From Tubulanus polymorphus (Eukaryota > Animalia > Nemertea), in assembly GCF_964204645.1 (NCBI RefSeq), contig NC_134025.1:14756001-14820000 (forward strand): DNA of 64,000 bases, read 5' to 3'. Both the position numbers and the translations under genes were made by a program. The notes under the pieces were generated by a model that saw nothing but the letters and a program-made list of their open reading frames with translations, searched no databases and had not been told where the DNA came from. Below, piece by piece: positions 52,200 to 64,000 of this stretch; position 1 is the first letter of the stretch, and each line of letters starts with the position of its first letter.

Positions 52200-52684
52200 A
52201 TGGATGATATTGAAATGTTAGCTGAAATCCAAGCTGAACTGGATGATATGCCGGACTAGGACTTATAGAACCTGTTGGATTATAGCTTCGATACTCCGGA
52301 TGACATCAAGGACATTGCTGATGAACTCTTACAACAAATAGACGAAGCCAAAGGTGGCTTTGATAACTGGCCTGTCGAATAGCTGCCGGTCTTTGAGCCT
52401 GATGATAATATTCTGCATGTACAGATGGATGATCTACCACCAGATCTGCAGGATATTATACAAAATTTACCGAATCTGGAACCTATCTTTGTTCCGTCAA
52501 GTTCTGGTTCATCAGAGGGAGCGCCCCCTGGTGATGACGACGATAATCCTCGTAACGACGAGGTGCCCAGGGAAACCCCTGGAGATCGCCCGTTGACGAT
52601 TTACCGGTTGAAGATTTAATTCCGCCAGATGATCCTTTGATCCTTACCTTTGATCCTTTTGTCATTTGTCACTCATCAATTTAA
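52200..52684 (+). pseudogene. Decayed acidic, Pro-rich ORF of unknown family
   Basis: MDDIEMLAEIQAELDDMPD*DL*NLLDYSFDTPDDIKDIADELLQQIDEAK...* is in frame with ORF 52425-52619. Confidence 0.5.
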
Positions 52685-52942
52685 GTCTCCCAACTTGAAT
52701 TCACCATCGTTTTGATTCAAGTACCCCCTTGTTGGTCTCTTTACCACCGATTTTAATTTACAATTTATATTTATATTCACTATTGTATCATTAAATTACC
52801 CTTTGGTTTGCTTCTCTTTAATCTATTTCAGCGTGTAATTGTTTCTACGTTAATTTTCCTTTGGTTTGTATCATTTCTGATTACTTGAATTAGTCTGTTT
52901 GTCTCTGGATTGTACATATTTCATAATTTCTGTTGTATTTCA

Positions 52943-52988
52943 TTATTCCTGAAGACGACTATTAGGATATAGTCGACAGGTTGAATAA
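52943..52988 (+). ncRNA. Hammerhead ribozyme-like motif with a degenerate core
   Basis: ttattc-CTGAAGA-c-gactat(taggat)atagtc-GACA-ggtt-gaataa: perfect 6-bp stems I and II, with GAAA replaced by GACA. Confidence 0.6.
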
Positions 52989-55444
52989 ACTACTAGCTCA
53001 AAGTAACATTTTCGGACAATTTTTTGTTATTATTGTGGGATTCTCTACCTGATATTAGAAAGAACTAGAAAACTTCAAATATGTCGTCAGTTCTCCTGCC
53101 CCTGTAGGTGTTGAGGACAAATATTGTTTTTCATTATACTGGCTGAGACAGTCTTTTCTACAAACATTGACCATAACCCTGGTAGATCATCCATTTCTTA
53201 ACAACTGTCAGAAACTGTCAAGTAAAGATAGGCTGGAAAGTCTTTGAGAGATCTGTACCGATCGTTTAATGAATAAATTTTAATGTAGAATAAAATAAAA
53301 TGGACTTTGATGAATTTAAAGTTTTTTTTCAATAAATTAAAATTGACTTGGATTTGATATTTTTTGCGGAATTAAATTTCATTGAAATTGCAATTTGTGC
53401 ACATAGCTAATTTGCATATCAAGGTAATCTATTTGATTGGAGAAAAAGCAAATTTTTGCAAACAATTGTCAAGGATGAATATTCAAAAGTGCAAATAAAA
53501 CTTCCTCTCAAAAACCAAATTCACTTAATGGTATCACAGGAATCGATCTTGAAACACAATTTTAAAACTTGCCAGAAAGAATCTTTCTATGTGGTCGGGT
53601 TAGAAACCTTTGATCGAAGACACTCAGTGACAGTAACGAACTATACCATTCAACACCAGGCCACTACGTGAGAACGCAACTTGTACACAATACGAAGTTA
53701 CAGTCTACATTCTCTCGTCGCCGCACCAATCTGTAGCTGCTCTGTTGCGATATCGTCTCATCAACATACCATACCAACATATTGCTGTGCAACTATGAAG
53801 TAGGGTCAACAGGTCGATACCCGCACAGAGGCAGGATCGTAGCGAACAAGCCGCGTCAATTCACAGGTTCGATTTCAAGTATATACTACACAATGTTGGT
53901 CAACCAGTACGGTGTTTTTTAATGCAAATTAGTATTCTTGAAAATTCATATGCATATCGATACAAACTTTTTTTCGTCACGATGACCCCGGACGTACGCA
54001 TATTTAATTTTAGTTCAAATATTTTCAAAGGAATCTTTTTCCATCAATAGATTATCCTTTATCTAAATATTAAGGGCTTCGTTGATTGTGATGGGCTACA
54101 CGTGTAACTAAAACGATGGCGCTATCATCACAGCTCCGCAGTAGATATTGCAAACTACGCCGTGCATCAACATTGGATTTTCACCACAGTACAAGATGCT
54201 ATTAGATTAATCTTTCTCATCTTTCTCTGAATTTTAGTAAGAGTAAATCGGATGACGACAATTAGTTTCATTTAGTTTTGAAGTGAGGATCGGAAACTGT
54301 ATTACACGTGATATATGATGAACCTGTTTTCGGAACACAAATCTTAGACGCTTACACGCGTGAGAAGTGCTGGTTTTATGTCCTTGCCCAGGCCTCATAT
54401 CATAACCAAATATACGTTGTTGATTCAAATTTCATCAAAAACTGTTTTTTAGGCCTACGATATACAATACAACAAGTAGCGAAACACCTCAATGAGTAAC
54501 AATTCTTTTTTTAGAAAGGCCGATCACCACAGCCATATCAGGCGGGAAATAATAATCATTTTACAGAATTCCTTCAATTTCTTCTTTTAACAAACTCAGG
54601 AAAACGCAACAAATTTCAGACTACCTGAGCAAGTTACAAAGCTATCTTATGTCAAATAACGGAGAAAAGTGGGAAAATGAAGTGCAAGTCGAACCACTAA
54701 AACATCGTGGTCGGCGTTGCTACGCAACCCGACCACAAAAATTAAACCCGGAAATAAAAAAGTTGTTGATACCACAGAATCATGTGAACACCTGTTGACT
54801 TCTGAGGCTAAGCCAATCATACAGGAGACAATGCTTTCTGATTGGCATTTTATAACTGACAGTTTTGCGTTCAGATTTTCGTGAAAAACCTGCTGTACGA
54901 TTTGTATCATAAATATGCCCAGGTTGCACAGTGAAAAAGCCTTTCATCTAGGAACCATGGTCTAAATCTGCTCCATTTGTATAGTAATAGACTCAGCATA
55001 CGGCTGATATTACTCTTACATTATTACAAGATATAACGTTCGTATAGACGCGCGTGTCAGCAACTAAGGACTTATATAGTACGTTTGTATGCATGCAGTC
55101 AGCATTCAGCTGCGTGTGTGCTTCAGTGATGATATTATGATCAGCACTCTCACACATCAGCGGCGCGTGCCTGTTAGCATCTTACATCAAACAAACTAAT
55201 CGGCAAAGTTTATAGAAAATCCATATATATATATAAGGATAAAAAAACTGCCTTCTAGAAAGCGATTACCATATATAGGCCTAAGCCACTAAACTAGTCG
55301 AACTGGACACTTCGGCACTTTGACTAGTAACAACCAATCAGAGCGAGGGTTTCCCCCTAGCTACTTCACAATTGCCAACATTCCAAAAGCAGCCATTCAT
55401 AGCACAATTTCCGATAATTGCGTCGAAAGTGCTGGCATTCCAAT

Positions 55445-56235
55445 AACAAGAGGCCCATGGGCCTTGAAGCAATGGTAGATTATACTGTGGTAAGGTATTA
55501 AGTGGTTAATTACATCTGCCGGCAAATGTTCTATGACGATGTTGATTTGGAGGACCACAGACTTAAGGTCAATTTATGTTAGTACAATTTTCATTAATGC
55601 TGAAAATGAATTTCATTTTTCTGCCGAACGATTTAGCCTAGGCTATTTGTATTGTAAAACCTCATTAATGCAATTCTGTTAAAAAGGCGAATCTAGTTTA
55701 TTCTGATGTTTTCCATCATGTCCCAGCTAAGATATTCATATCAATCAAATTTTGGATACAAAAACCCATTAAACACAACAATTTCAGCACTTTCGCCTAC
55801 ACAAGATTCGTATCTGTATAGGTAATCTCGACTGACTGTGCTTTTTTAGGCCCTGCTGAATAATGAAAACAAAAACAGAACGATTTTTCTGAATGCAATT
55901 GCAAGATCCTATGATGCATACATAGCTCAACCGGTCAAACGTACTGATGCAAAACGTTGCACAGAGAGCGACGCCGGCGTTGGTATCACTGAGGCCGGCT
56001 GATGATTGTTTGTTTGGCTTTACGTCATTGGATCTTGCTTTTTCAAGACTAACCCTATTGGATTGTTCATTAAACCTCACGACAGGACGGCCTTTGAAGT
56101 GTTGCCCGCATACTATTCACAGCCAAACACACTCAGAACTGATAGTATATTCAAAAGCACCACGCCTTATCTCACTGACACTGAGCTACCGAGGCCGTTC
56201 GATTCAATTCCAGAAAACTACAGCAGCAGCAAATG
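55445..56235 (-). mobile_element. HINE family B, copy 2, partial
   Basis: Colinear with 3671-4425. Confidence 0.75.
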
Positions 56236-59200
56236 AAATGCTGAATCCAAGAACATGTTTATCGCACTTTTGAGCCCAAACGTCTACTTTAACTTAGTAG
56301 CCACTTGAGAATAATAAGCAATTAACAATATCAGCTACTTTTCCAGTAGTATAGATTTTAAAACAGTCACTCTGAAATAATATTCCTTTCAATTTGGTTG
56401 GTTTTCAATAGCGGCTGTTCCGAAGAGTCTACTATTGAAAAGTGACCATTTTAAATCATCTTGTTTCAATAGTGCACACTGGCAGTAGAGGTGACTGTAA
56501 AACCACCCACCTGTAAACTGTGACTATGTGATAGTAACTCTTACCGTAACAGCTACTCTCAAAACACATCGTTTCTAAAAGTCAACTTTTGATAAGTAAC
56601 CATTTTGAGATGGCATGGTAATTTCCTGTTCAAAAAAGCATCTGTTAAAGATTTGGAGTGATACGTGACAGGTTCAAAGGTACCGTTAAACCCTATATGC
56701 TTTGTATACAGAACTCTGTATGATTTGAATACAGTTCTGTGAATACAAAAATCAAAGTTTTTGAGTTGCTAAGAATCCCCTAAATTATATAACGCTCAAC
56801 AAAATGGCAATATCCAATAGAAAAACTATTAATTTATAAATAACATCATCATAGATTAAATCCCATAATACTAATATAGTGCCAGTCCTAATTAAGAAGT
56901 TTGATTTTTGTTTTACCATTTGCGATTATAAAATATTCTGGTGCATTCATAAATCATTGCTTTTATAGAAAAGAAAGACAAAAAATAAATTCGTCTTTTA
57001 GGCTTAATTTGTCTTTTAAGGATATATGAAAAAGGAATATACAAATAAAATCATATGTTGATGAAATGAATTACGTCCTATATATCTCATTATCTGGACG
57101 AAGACTACAAAAAATATTCCGAAAAAAAATGTATCTAAACCTGAATTTATTGTTTATTTTGATACAAACGATGCTTGTTCGTTAATGAATATTGGATCCT
57201 TTTATTGCTTGTTAGAAGTGATACCCTAATCAAAATCTTTTTTCATAGTCATACAGTTTGGTTGAAATGAAATTACCAACTTATTTTAAAAGATCACACG
57301 ATAAGCGTATAAAAGTGCAGTGTTGAGATGTTCCCATAATTTTAAAATCAGCAATTTCATTTCATAGGGAAAACTTCTGGCTTAAGATGTGAAAGAAATG
57401 CAATAGGCTGTAATTTTAGTTTCACATACTTTCCTACTTAGTTGAGTAAATTGTTTATATAGGTTATCAAAAACCCAGCAGCAGCTATCAGTCAGCGGGT
57501 CAATTACACTGGCTAACTAGAGTGATTGATGAACGAATAAACAAACTGCACTGACCACCAAAAGACCACAAACCAAAAGTAATTACATCTTAATAGTAAT
57601 AAACTTAGCACCGCAATATCTCTATGAGACTTTATTTCAAGGTGCCAATAAAATAATATGAATAACGTTACCAATACTTGAAGTTGGAAGCGAATGCAGG
57701 CTAGAACCAACAAAGGTACCGATTTAAGGTGCAGATATACAGGGAATCCCTCTCATAGCAACCAACATGGTTGTATATGCCTTCGGTGCCGAAAAGTAAT
57801 TAATTTTCGATCTTAACGACTACAGGACCAGAAGAAATCGAATAAAATACTCTAATCCGTATTAACTGTAGATAAATGAAGAATTTCTAAAATAGAATTT
57901 TGTATCATGAAATTTATTGAAGTTACACCACAACGTTTCGGCTGTTGACTGACAGCCAGCTGATTAAAGCCCTTATCACTAGGAATGTCTACATTCCACT
58001 TGATGATGGCTGTTAGTCAAGAGTCCAAACGTTGCGGTTTCAACATGTTCAAACTTCTTTCGCGACATATTTTTAAAGAATCATAACCACGCTAGATTTT
58101 TCTGTAAAATGAAATGAAAATAGACTAAAATCATATTTTTGAACACCCACTCGTAACACCGTAATTTGTACTGTCAATCTGTAACGATTACGGGAAAATC
58201 CTAGCAGTAGGCAGGTCTGCTTATTGCAAGTTATGTAAGGTTGATATTTCTGTTAGACATGGTTGTCATGATGACCGTCGACTGTGAACAAGCATAAGAG
58301 CTATTCGGGACTTGTTAAAATGAACCATAAGTAAGTTGGTTTTTTATCCGGTGCTGATTTGGATGAAAATGATGAAAAGTCGATGACAACTCGCGCAGAG
58401 GCATTGTTTGTAAACTTTATCGTTGAGTACAACTTGCTGATGGTTGTGGCGGACCACGCTACAAAGTTGTTTCCGATCATGTTTCCAGATAGTAAGATTA
58501 CTGCAAAGTTTGCATGTGGTCGAACAAAACCTGGGTGTTTGATCAACGAACTTGTGAGAAATTCTGTAGAGAAATCCTTTGTTTCTATGAAAATAAACCT
58601 GTTTAGTATTGCAACTGATGGAAGTGACGGAGGCGACGAGAAGTATAACCCAGTTGGTGCCAGAATAGTTGATGACAATGGACTAATAACAAGAGGCCCA
58701 TGGGCCTAGAAGCATTGGTAGATTATACTGCTGAAAGGTATTAAGTGGTGAATGTTTTACATCTGCCGGCAAATGTTCTATGACGATGTTGGTTGGGAGT
58801 ACCACAGACTTAAGGTCTTAATGTATGATTTGCATTTATGCTGAAAATTTCATTTTTCTGCCGAACAATCCAGCCACGTTATATGTATTGTTAAACCTCA
58901 TTAATGCGATTCTGTTAAAGACGAAACTAGTTTATTCTGATGTTTTCCATCATGTCCCAGCCAAGATATTCATATCAATCAAGATTTGGACACAAAAACC
59001 CATCTAATAAAAAAATTTCGACACCTGCGCCTAAAAGATTCATATCAACGATGTATGCCTACAACAGCACGGGTAATCTCGACTGACTGTGGTTTTTCTT
59101 GCATGAAGTTTTAGGCCCTATCACTGAATAATTAAAAAACAAAAAAGAACGATTTTTCTGAATGGAAAAATATGCTGATACATAATAGGAGGATCAACCG

Positions 59201-59664
59201 GACAAACATACGCATCAAAACGTCACACAGAGAGCGATGCCGGCGTTGTTGTCACTGAAGCCGGCTGATGATTGTTCCTTTGTCTTTTTGGTTGTTTGCC
59301 TCAACGTCGTATAGATCTTGGTTTCCAAAGACTAGCCATATTTGATTGCTCACTTAACTTCAAGACGGAACAGCCTTTGAAGTGTTGCCTGCACACTGTA
59401 AGCAGCCAGCTGGACTCGAACCCAATTGTCACTCAGCACTATAGTGGTTGCATCAGCATCATGCTTTATCTCGCTAAGCACCGAGGCCACTCCATTCAAT
59501 TCCGAAAAACTACAGCAGTGGCAAATAACCATCTCGATATAGCAATTTATGACAAACAGCGTGTAAATTTATTACTGTTGTGGTGTTTAACGCATGGAAA
59601 AGATAATAAAAGTTAACTGATTGATATATTGATGATAAAACATGGTTGTACACAGTGTACTTAT

Positions 59665-62600
59665 CCCTATTTGCTACTTTGTGTCCATTTGGGCACAACT
59701 CAGTTTGGACCCCTGTGTGGAGGCCAATGAAGATATGTGTTGACTGATGTAGTCCACACGAATATTCTAAACATTCTTAAGCAATAGATCAGTCAGCGCT
59801 GCCATCTCTGAAAAAAAAAACATGGCAGCCCCCATGAATTTGAAGAAGTGAAAGTCAAAGGTGAGAATGCATTTATTTTTATCAAAACGTATCAGAGAAT
59901 ACGTATTTATCATGTTTTTGAACAAAAAAGAGATAATACGCATGCAGGAGGATGGCACAAAATGAGTTGTACGCAAATGGGCACATTGGCCGGTTGTATG
60001 GTCAAAATAGTGGTAAAATCTTCCATCTTCAAATTCAAAGGAGAATGAACCAAGAAGGAGAATATTAGCGTTTGGTTATATTCTCATCCTCTGGCTGCTA
60101 TTGGAGAAATGATTGGTGTACTTGTCACGGACGGTTCATGAAGGAGTCTGTGAGATCCTGTTGCCATGGAACCTAAAACTTTTTCCGCAAAGGTGTTGGA
60201 ATTTTGATGTGGGGAAGTGCTTGGTCATCATTATTTATGACCATTTATGTACTTTCTTTGACTTTTTCAGGTCTTTCCAGTTGTCATGGCATTTCCAGCA
60301 ATATCTTTCTATGGGCACAGGTGCAGCTACATAGTTCCCACAACAGATGATGTGTCTGATGACAACTATGCAAGCGATGATGAAGAAAATGAGGACTTCG
60401 AGTACATGAAGATTAACTCGAAGTACACCCATGAATATTTGGTGTACGATTCTGATGACCCAGATTTCCATCCTGATGGTGCGTCTTCAGATGATGAATC
60501 TGTGAACTCTGAATCAGAGAGTGAGGCCGAACCAGATTCAAATCCAGGTTCTTAAACATCATAATCAAAGAATAAAAAGACAAAAAAAGTCAAACGATTA
60601 TAAATGGCATAAGAAAGACAAAGATACAAGCAATGTAGTGGAAGAAACTGTGACATTCACTGACCCTGTTGGGCTCTATACACCATTAGAATATTTCTCA
60701 GAGTTTATAATTGATGGCATCCTCCAAGATATTGCCAATGAGACAAATCGCTATTCTGTTCAGTGAGCTGGCAGATCAATCAATGTTACAGCCCAGGAGA
60801 TATAAACTTTTATCACCATATTATTGGTTATGGGTGTATTGAAAATGAATGCCTACTGTGATTATTGGTCCAAATCATTGAGAATTCCAGCTGCAGTCGC
60901 TGATTTCATGAGTTTGAAAAGATTCAAGCATGTCAGAAGGTATTTACACTTTGCTGACAATAACATTCTTGATGCTACTCAGTTCGCAAAAGTCCGTCCA
61001 CTATTGGAGACATTGAAATTGCGATTCAACGCAATTAAAGAAGGAGAATACTCTATCGAGGAATCTATCATCCCATATAAAGGTACAAGGGCCGAAAACC
61101 AGGGCCTATATCAAAAAGTGAGGTTTTAAATTCTTCTTGCGTGCCGTAATATCTGTAGTGTATTATTATTTACCATATTGCGGTGCAGGCATATTCCACA
61201 ACATTGAGTTTGATGATCAAGAAAATAAATTGTCTGTATCTGGGCAGTTTGTAATGGCTTTATGTAAAACAATATCGGACCCATCAAATGCTAGATTATT
61301 CTTTGATAACTTCTTCACAAGGATCTCATTATACTACTAAAGAACCGTAAAACATTTAGTCTTGGCACTGTGTAAAGATCATGTCAAAAATTGCTGACTG
61401 AAATCAGATAAGATCCAGAAGAAAGAGGCCATTATAATTATCAAACTGAAACAGCATAACATTACCATGGTGAAATGGAATGACAATAAGCAAGTTCTCT
61501 TGGCCAGTTCATTTGTTGGTATTGAACCAGTCGGTTCAGTAAAGAGGTATGACAAGAACGAAAAAAGAAAGTGAATGTATCTGCTCCTGCAATTGTAAAA
61601 GTGTATAATAAGCACATGGGTGGTGTAGACCTAACTGATATGGCTATTGCGTTGTTCCGTACACCGCTTCACACAAAGCAGTGGTATCTACGAATATTCC
61701 TCTATCTATTAGATCTTTGTGTTGTCAACCCATGGTTGACAACTCATAGGGATGCAAAGTTGATGGGCATGAAGTACCCCAAAAGTCTGAAGCAATTTAG
61801 AATGGACATAAGTGAAAGTTTGAAACTTGAGGATCGAGTAGCACGAAAACGTGGACGGCCCGCACCTCAAGCACTAGAGGAATCACCTGCTAAGATTTGG
61901 CGCCCATGTGTTTCTCCACCGGTAGAGGTTATAAGATATGATGATGTTAGCCACTGGCCAGTACACGTGAAAAAAGGTAGATGTAGAAATTGCGTGAATG
62001 GGTGGTCTTGCATACAGTGCGTCACATGCTTATGCCTATCTAATGAGTGCAATTGCTTCTATGATTTTCATCAGCATCATAAAATTATTACGTAGATGTA
62101 TGACGTGACTATGGATGAATATCATTGAAAGACTGCAGGTCCAATTGTGAATTGTTTGATATTTATGCTCATAGCTTATGGAAATTTTAAAACTAGTTAC
62201 TTAGTTTTAGAAATGTTCTATTTGTATTAGATGATCGATAATTTCTAGACGGCTTATCTCCTATAATACAGACTGTTTTGATAAATCGAACATTGATGAG
62301 AATGATGTGTCGATAAAGGTAATGCATGAATTCTTAATGTTTTAGAATGTTTATGTTAAATTTTAATGAACTGTTTTATGAATGATTCCTCTAATAAATA
62401 TCTTTATACAGAATTATGAGACATATTCATATTTTTCATCCTTGCTTTAGATATATATGATCAATCTATTATCTCTTGACCTAATAAGGTTGATTTTCAG
62501 ACATCTAAGTGACCCTAACAAAATCATAATTTGTAACCACTTCAAGCCAATGTGTCCAAATGGGCACAACTCGTAGATTCCTCGAGAATAAACCGATTTC

Positions 62601-62698
62601 TTTTCTGTCTATGGGAAATCACTATTTAGGTCCGATAGAATATCCGATGGCAATAAATGATTTTCCTGGGATTATTTCATGTAGTGGTACAAAATGGG
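59665..62698 (+). mobile_element. piggyBac transposon, decayed
   Basis: CCC...GGG termini, TTAT/TTAA flanks, empty TTAA site at 4697-4700 in the paralogous HINE, and subterminal tgtgtcca(a/t)(a/t)tgggcacaactc motifs at 59680 and 62551. Confidence 0.88.
60286..62095 (+). pseudogene. piggyBac transposase with multiple stops and frameshifts
   Basis: Acidic N-terminus, TPLEYFSEF, MSLKRF...LHFADN, SIEES, FFDNFFT, VKWNDNKQV, YNKHMGGVDLTD and a C-terminal Cys-rich domain. Confidence 0.92.
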
Positions 62699-63865
62699 TT
62701 AACAATGATATTTTCCTCTAATAGACAATTCTGGTAAAATTGAATAGAATAATCTATCTTCATGGGTAATATCGTATCATAGCTGGGTGGTACCGTTTAC
62801 AGTTTGATGTTTCATGTCCTTATGAAATGGTTTCAACTTTAGTAAATGCGTTCCTTCATAAATTAATGTTTTTTCTATTCAAAAGAGGCCATTCCCCATT
62901 CTTTACTGCCAATATCAATGTGGATATCACTACGCGATTAATACCCTATAGTGCTGAAGATGATTTGAAAATTTTGAAAAATTCCACCACAGTATGTTGA
63001 ATAATGGGAATACCGCTATAGTGCGTCTATACCATGGCGCAGTGTATCGTTAGTTACTAATATTTCACCATGTTTGACAGGTGCTGCCATCTTTCAATAG
63101 AGATAAAAACTTATTACTAATTACATCAATACACCGGAGTGCGGTGTACTAGCAAAATCCGTCACCGATTCTGTTGTCTGTGAACTACCATCTGAATTGT
63201 AACATAAAATCAAAGAGTGACCTAATTATAGGTGATGGGGCTAAAGAGTACATGGCAACAACCAAAAGGTTATCTGATAAGAAGAAAGCAGAATTCTACA
63301 AAGTCATTGTTGAATTGTATCAAAAGGAAAGTGATTTTATTAAGGCACAATTCCCTTTGAAAGATAAGCTATTAGCAAATGCAGAAGTAGCCAGTGTTGT
63401 TGATCGCGACTTAGTTCATTTTACATCCTTTGGAGTACTTCATTGAGAAGTATCACTTCATAGTACCTGAGGGTGTAAGTCGTTGCAAATACAGGAAGAG
63501 TTTTGTACGTACCAAATAGAACATCTAAATGACATGATCTTATCTGAGGACCATATCGATATACAGTGGACAAAGCTTGGGGATTTATGTGATCATAATA
63601 AATGAACCAAAGTTCAGTCTTACCAACTGTGATGAGAGCTAATCTAGTAATTCCTCATAGCAATTGCATTAAAGCAGAGACGCTGCAGTCTTTACTTCAA
63701 GTCAAAGTTAACATTGCCGAACCATGTTTTGAGAGGGGAACATTTTCAGGGGAACAACTGAAAAAATCGAAATCTGCCAGTTATCCATAGTTAACGTCTG
63801 AGTCCACTACTAGGACACCTGCCATTGATATTAATGCTAATGAAGTTATCTAGTGTACATCTTTA

Positions 63866-64000
63866 ACCAGAGCCCCAAGGGGCACTATGGTCAGCCTGTC
63901 AGCTTTTCATAAAATGGCAAATGATGATGCATTCTGTGGGTTAAATTTGTCAAAATACACTCCCAGCTCAGAGTCAATACCCAATAATTTACACAATACA
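63866..64000 (-). mobile_element. HINE terminus of the same type as 5950, running off the window
   Basis: aaccagagccccaaggggcactatggtcagcctgtcag matches 5950-6050. Confidence 0.7.

Larger units (their letters stand above)
58688..62860 (-). mobile_element. HINE family B, copy 3, interrupted by piggyBac; far end approximate
   Basis: 58688-59664 plus 62699-62855 is colinear with 3671-4850. Confidence 0.75.
58215..63790 (+). pseudogene. Second hAT-type transposase remnant, split by a HINE and a piggyBac
   Basis: 58215-58687 reads YCKLCKVDISV..H, AEALFVNFIVEYN, FPDSKITAKFACGRTK and ATDGS. 63070-63790 reads FPLKDKLL, IDIQW, LVIPHSN and ETLQSLLQVKVN. Confidence 0.75.

Noticed and set aside
56280-56640. 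Loosely repeated motifs (tttcaatag, agtgacc, ctact)
   Set aside because: Probably degenerate subterminal repeats of an old DNA transposon; no TIR or TSD could be fixed.

Overview
AT-rich eukaryotic DNA, most likely from an invertebrate animal (inferred from the repeat content). It consists almost entirely of nested, decayed transposons; no intact cellular gene, rRNA, tRNA or CRISPR array is supportable. Main elements: a 5'-truncated BEL/Pao LTR element (9667-13822); a full-length Ty3/Gypsy element with 167-bp LTRs and a 5-bp TSD (25779-30614), sitting in the FADD catalytic codons of an old CR1/L2-type LINE that is split by a stack of DNA-transposon insertions (16.7-30.8 kb); a near-complete hAT-type transposon with a 7-bp TSD (44004-48328) inside a Helentron-associated element (HINE); a decayed piggyBac (59665-62698); Kolobok-, Harbinger-, Tc1/mariner-, Academ- and EnSpm-like non-autonomous elements; and Penelope remnants with hammerhead ribozyme motifs. 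The most unusual item is a ~2.7-kb, very AT-rich, virus/Polinton-like cassette of compact ORFs, a 24-bp array and paired hairpins, enclosed by hAT-like ends with a 6-bp TSD (21178-24450). Also notable are a decayed acidic ORF followed by a hammerhead motif (52.0-53.0 kb), a satellite built from a HINE terminal hairpin (533-1022), uniform orientation of HINE ends, and a few candidate host exons on the minus strand. All calls come from reading the sequence by eye; no database search was run.
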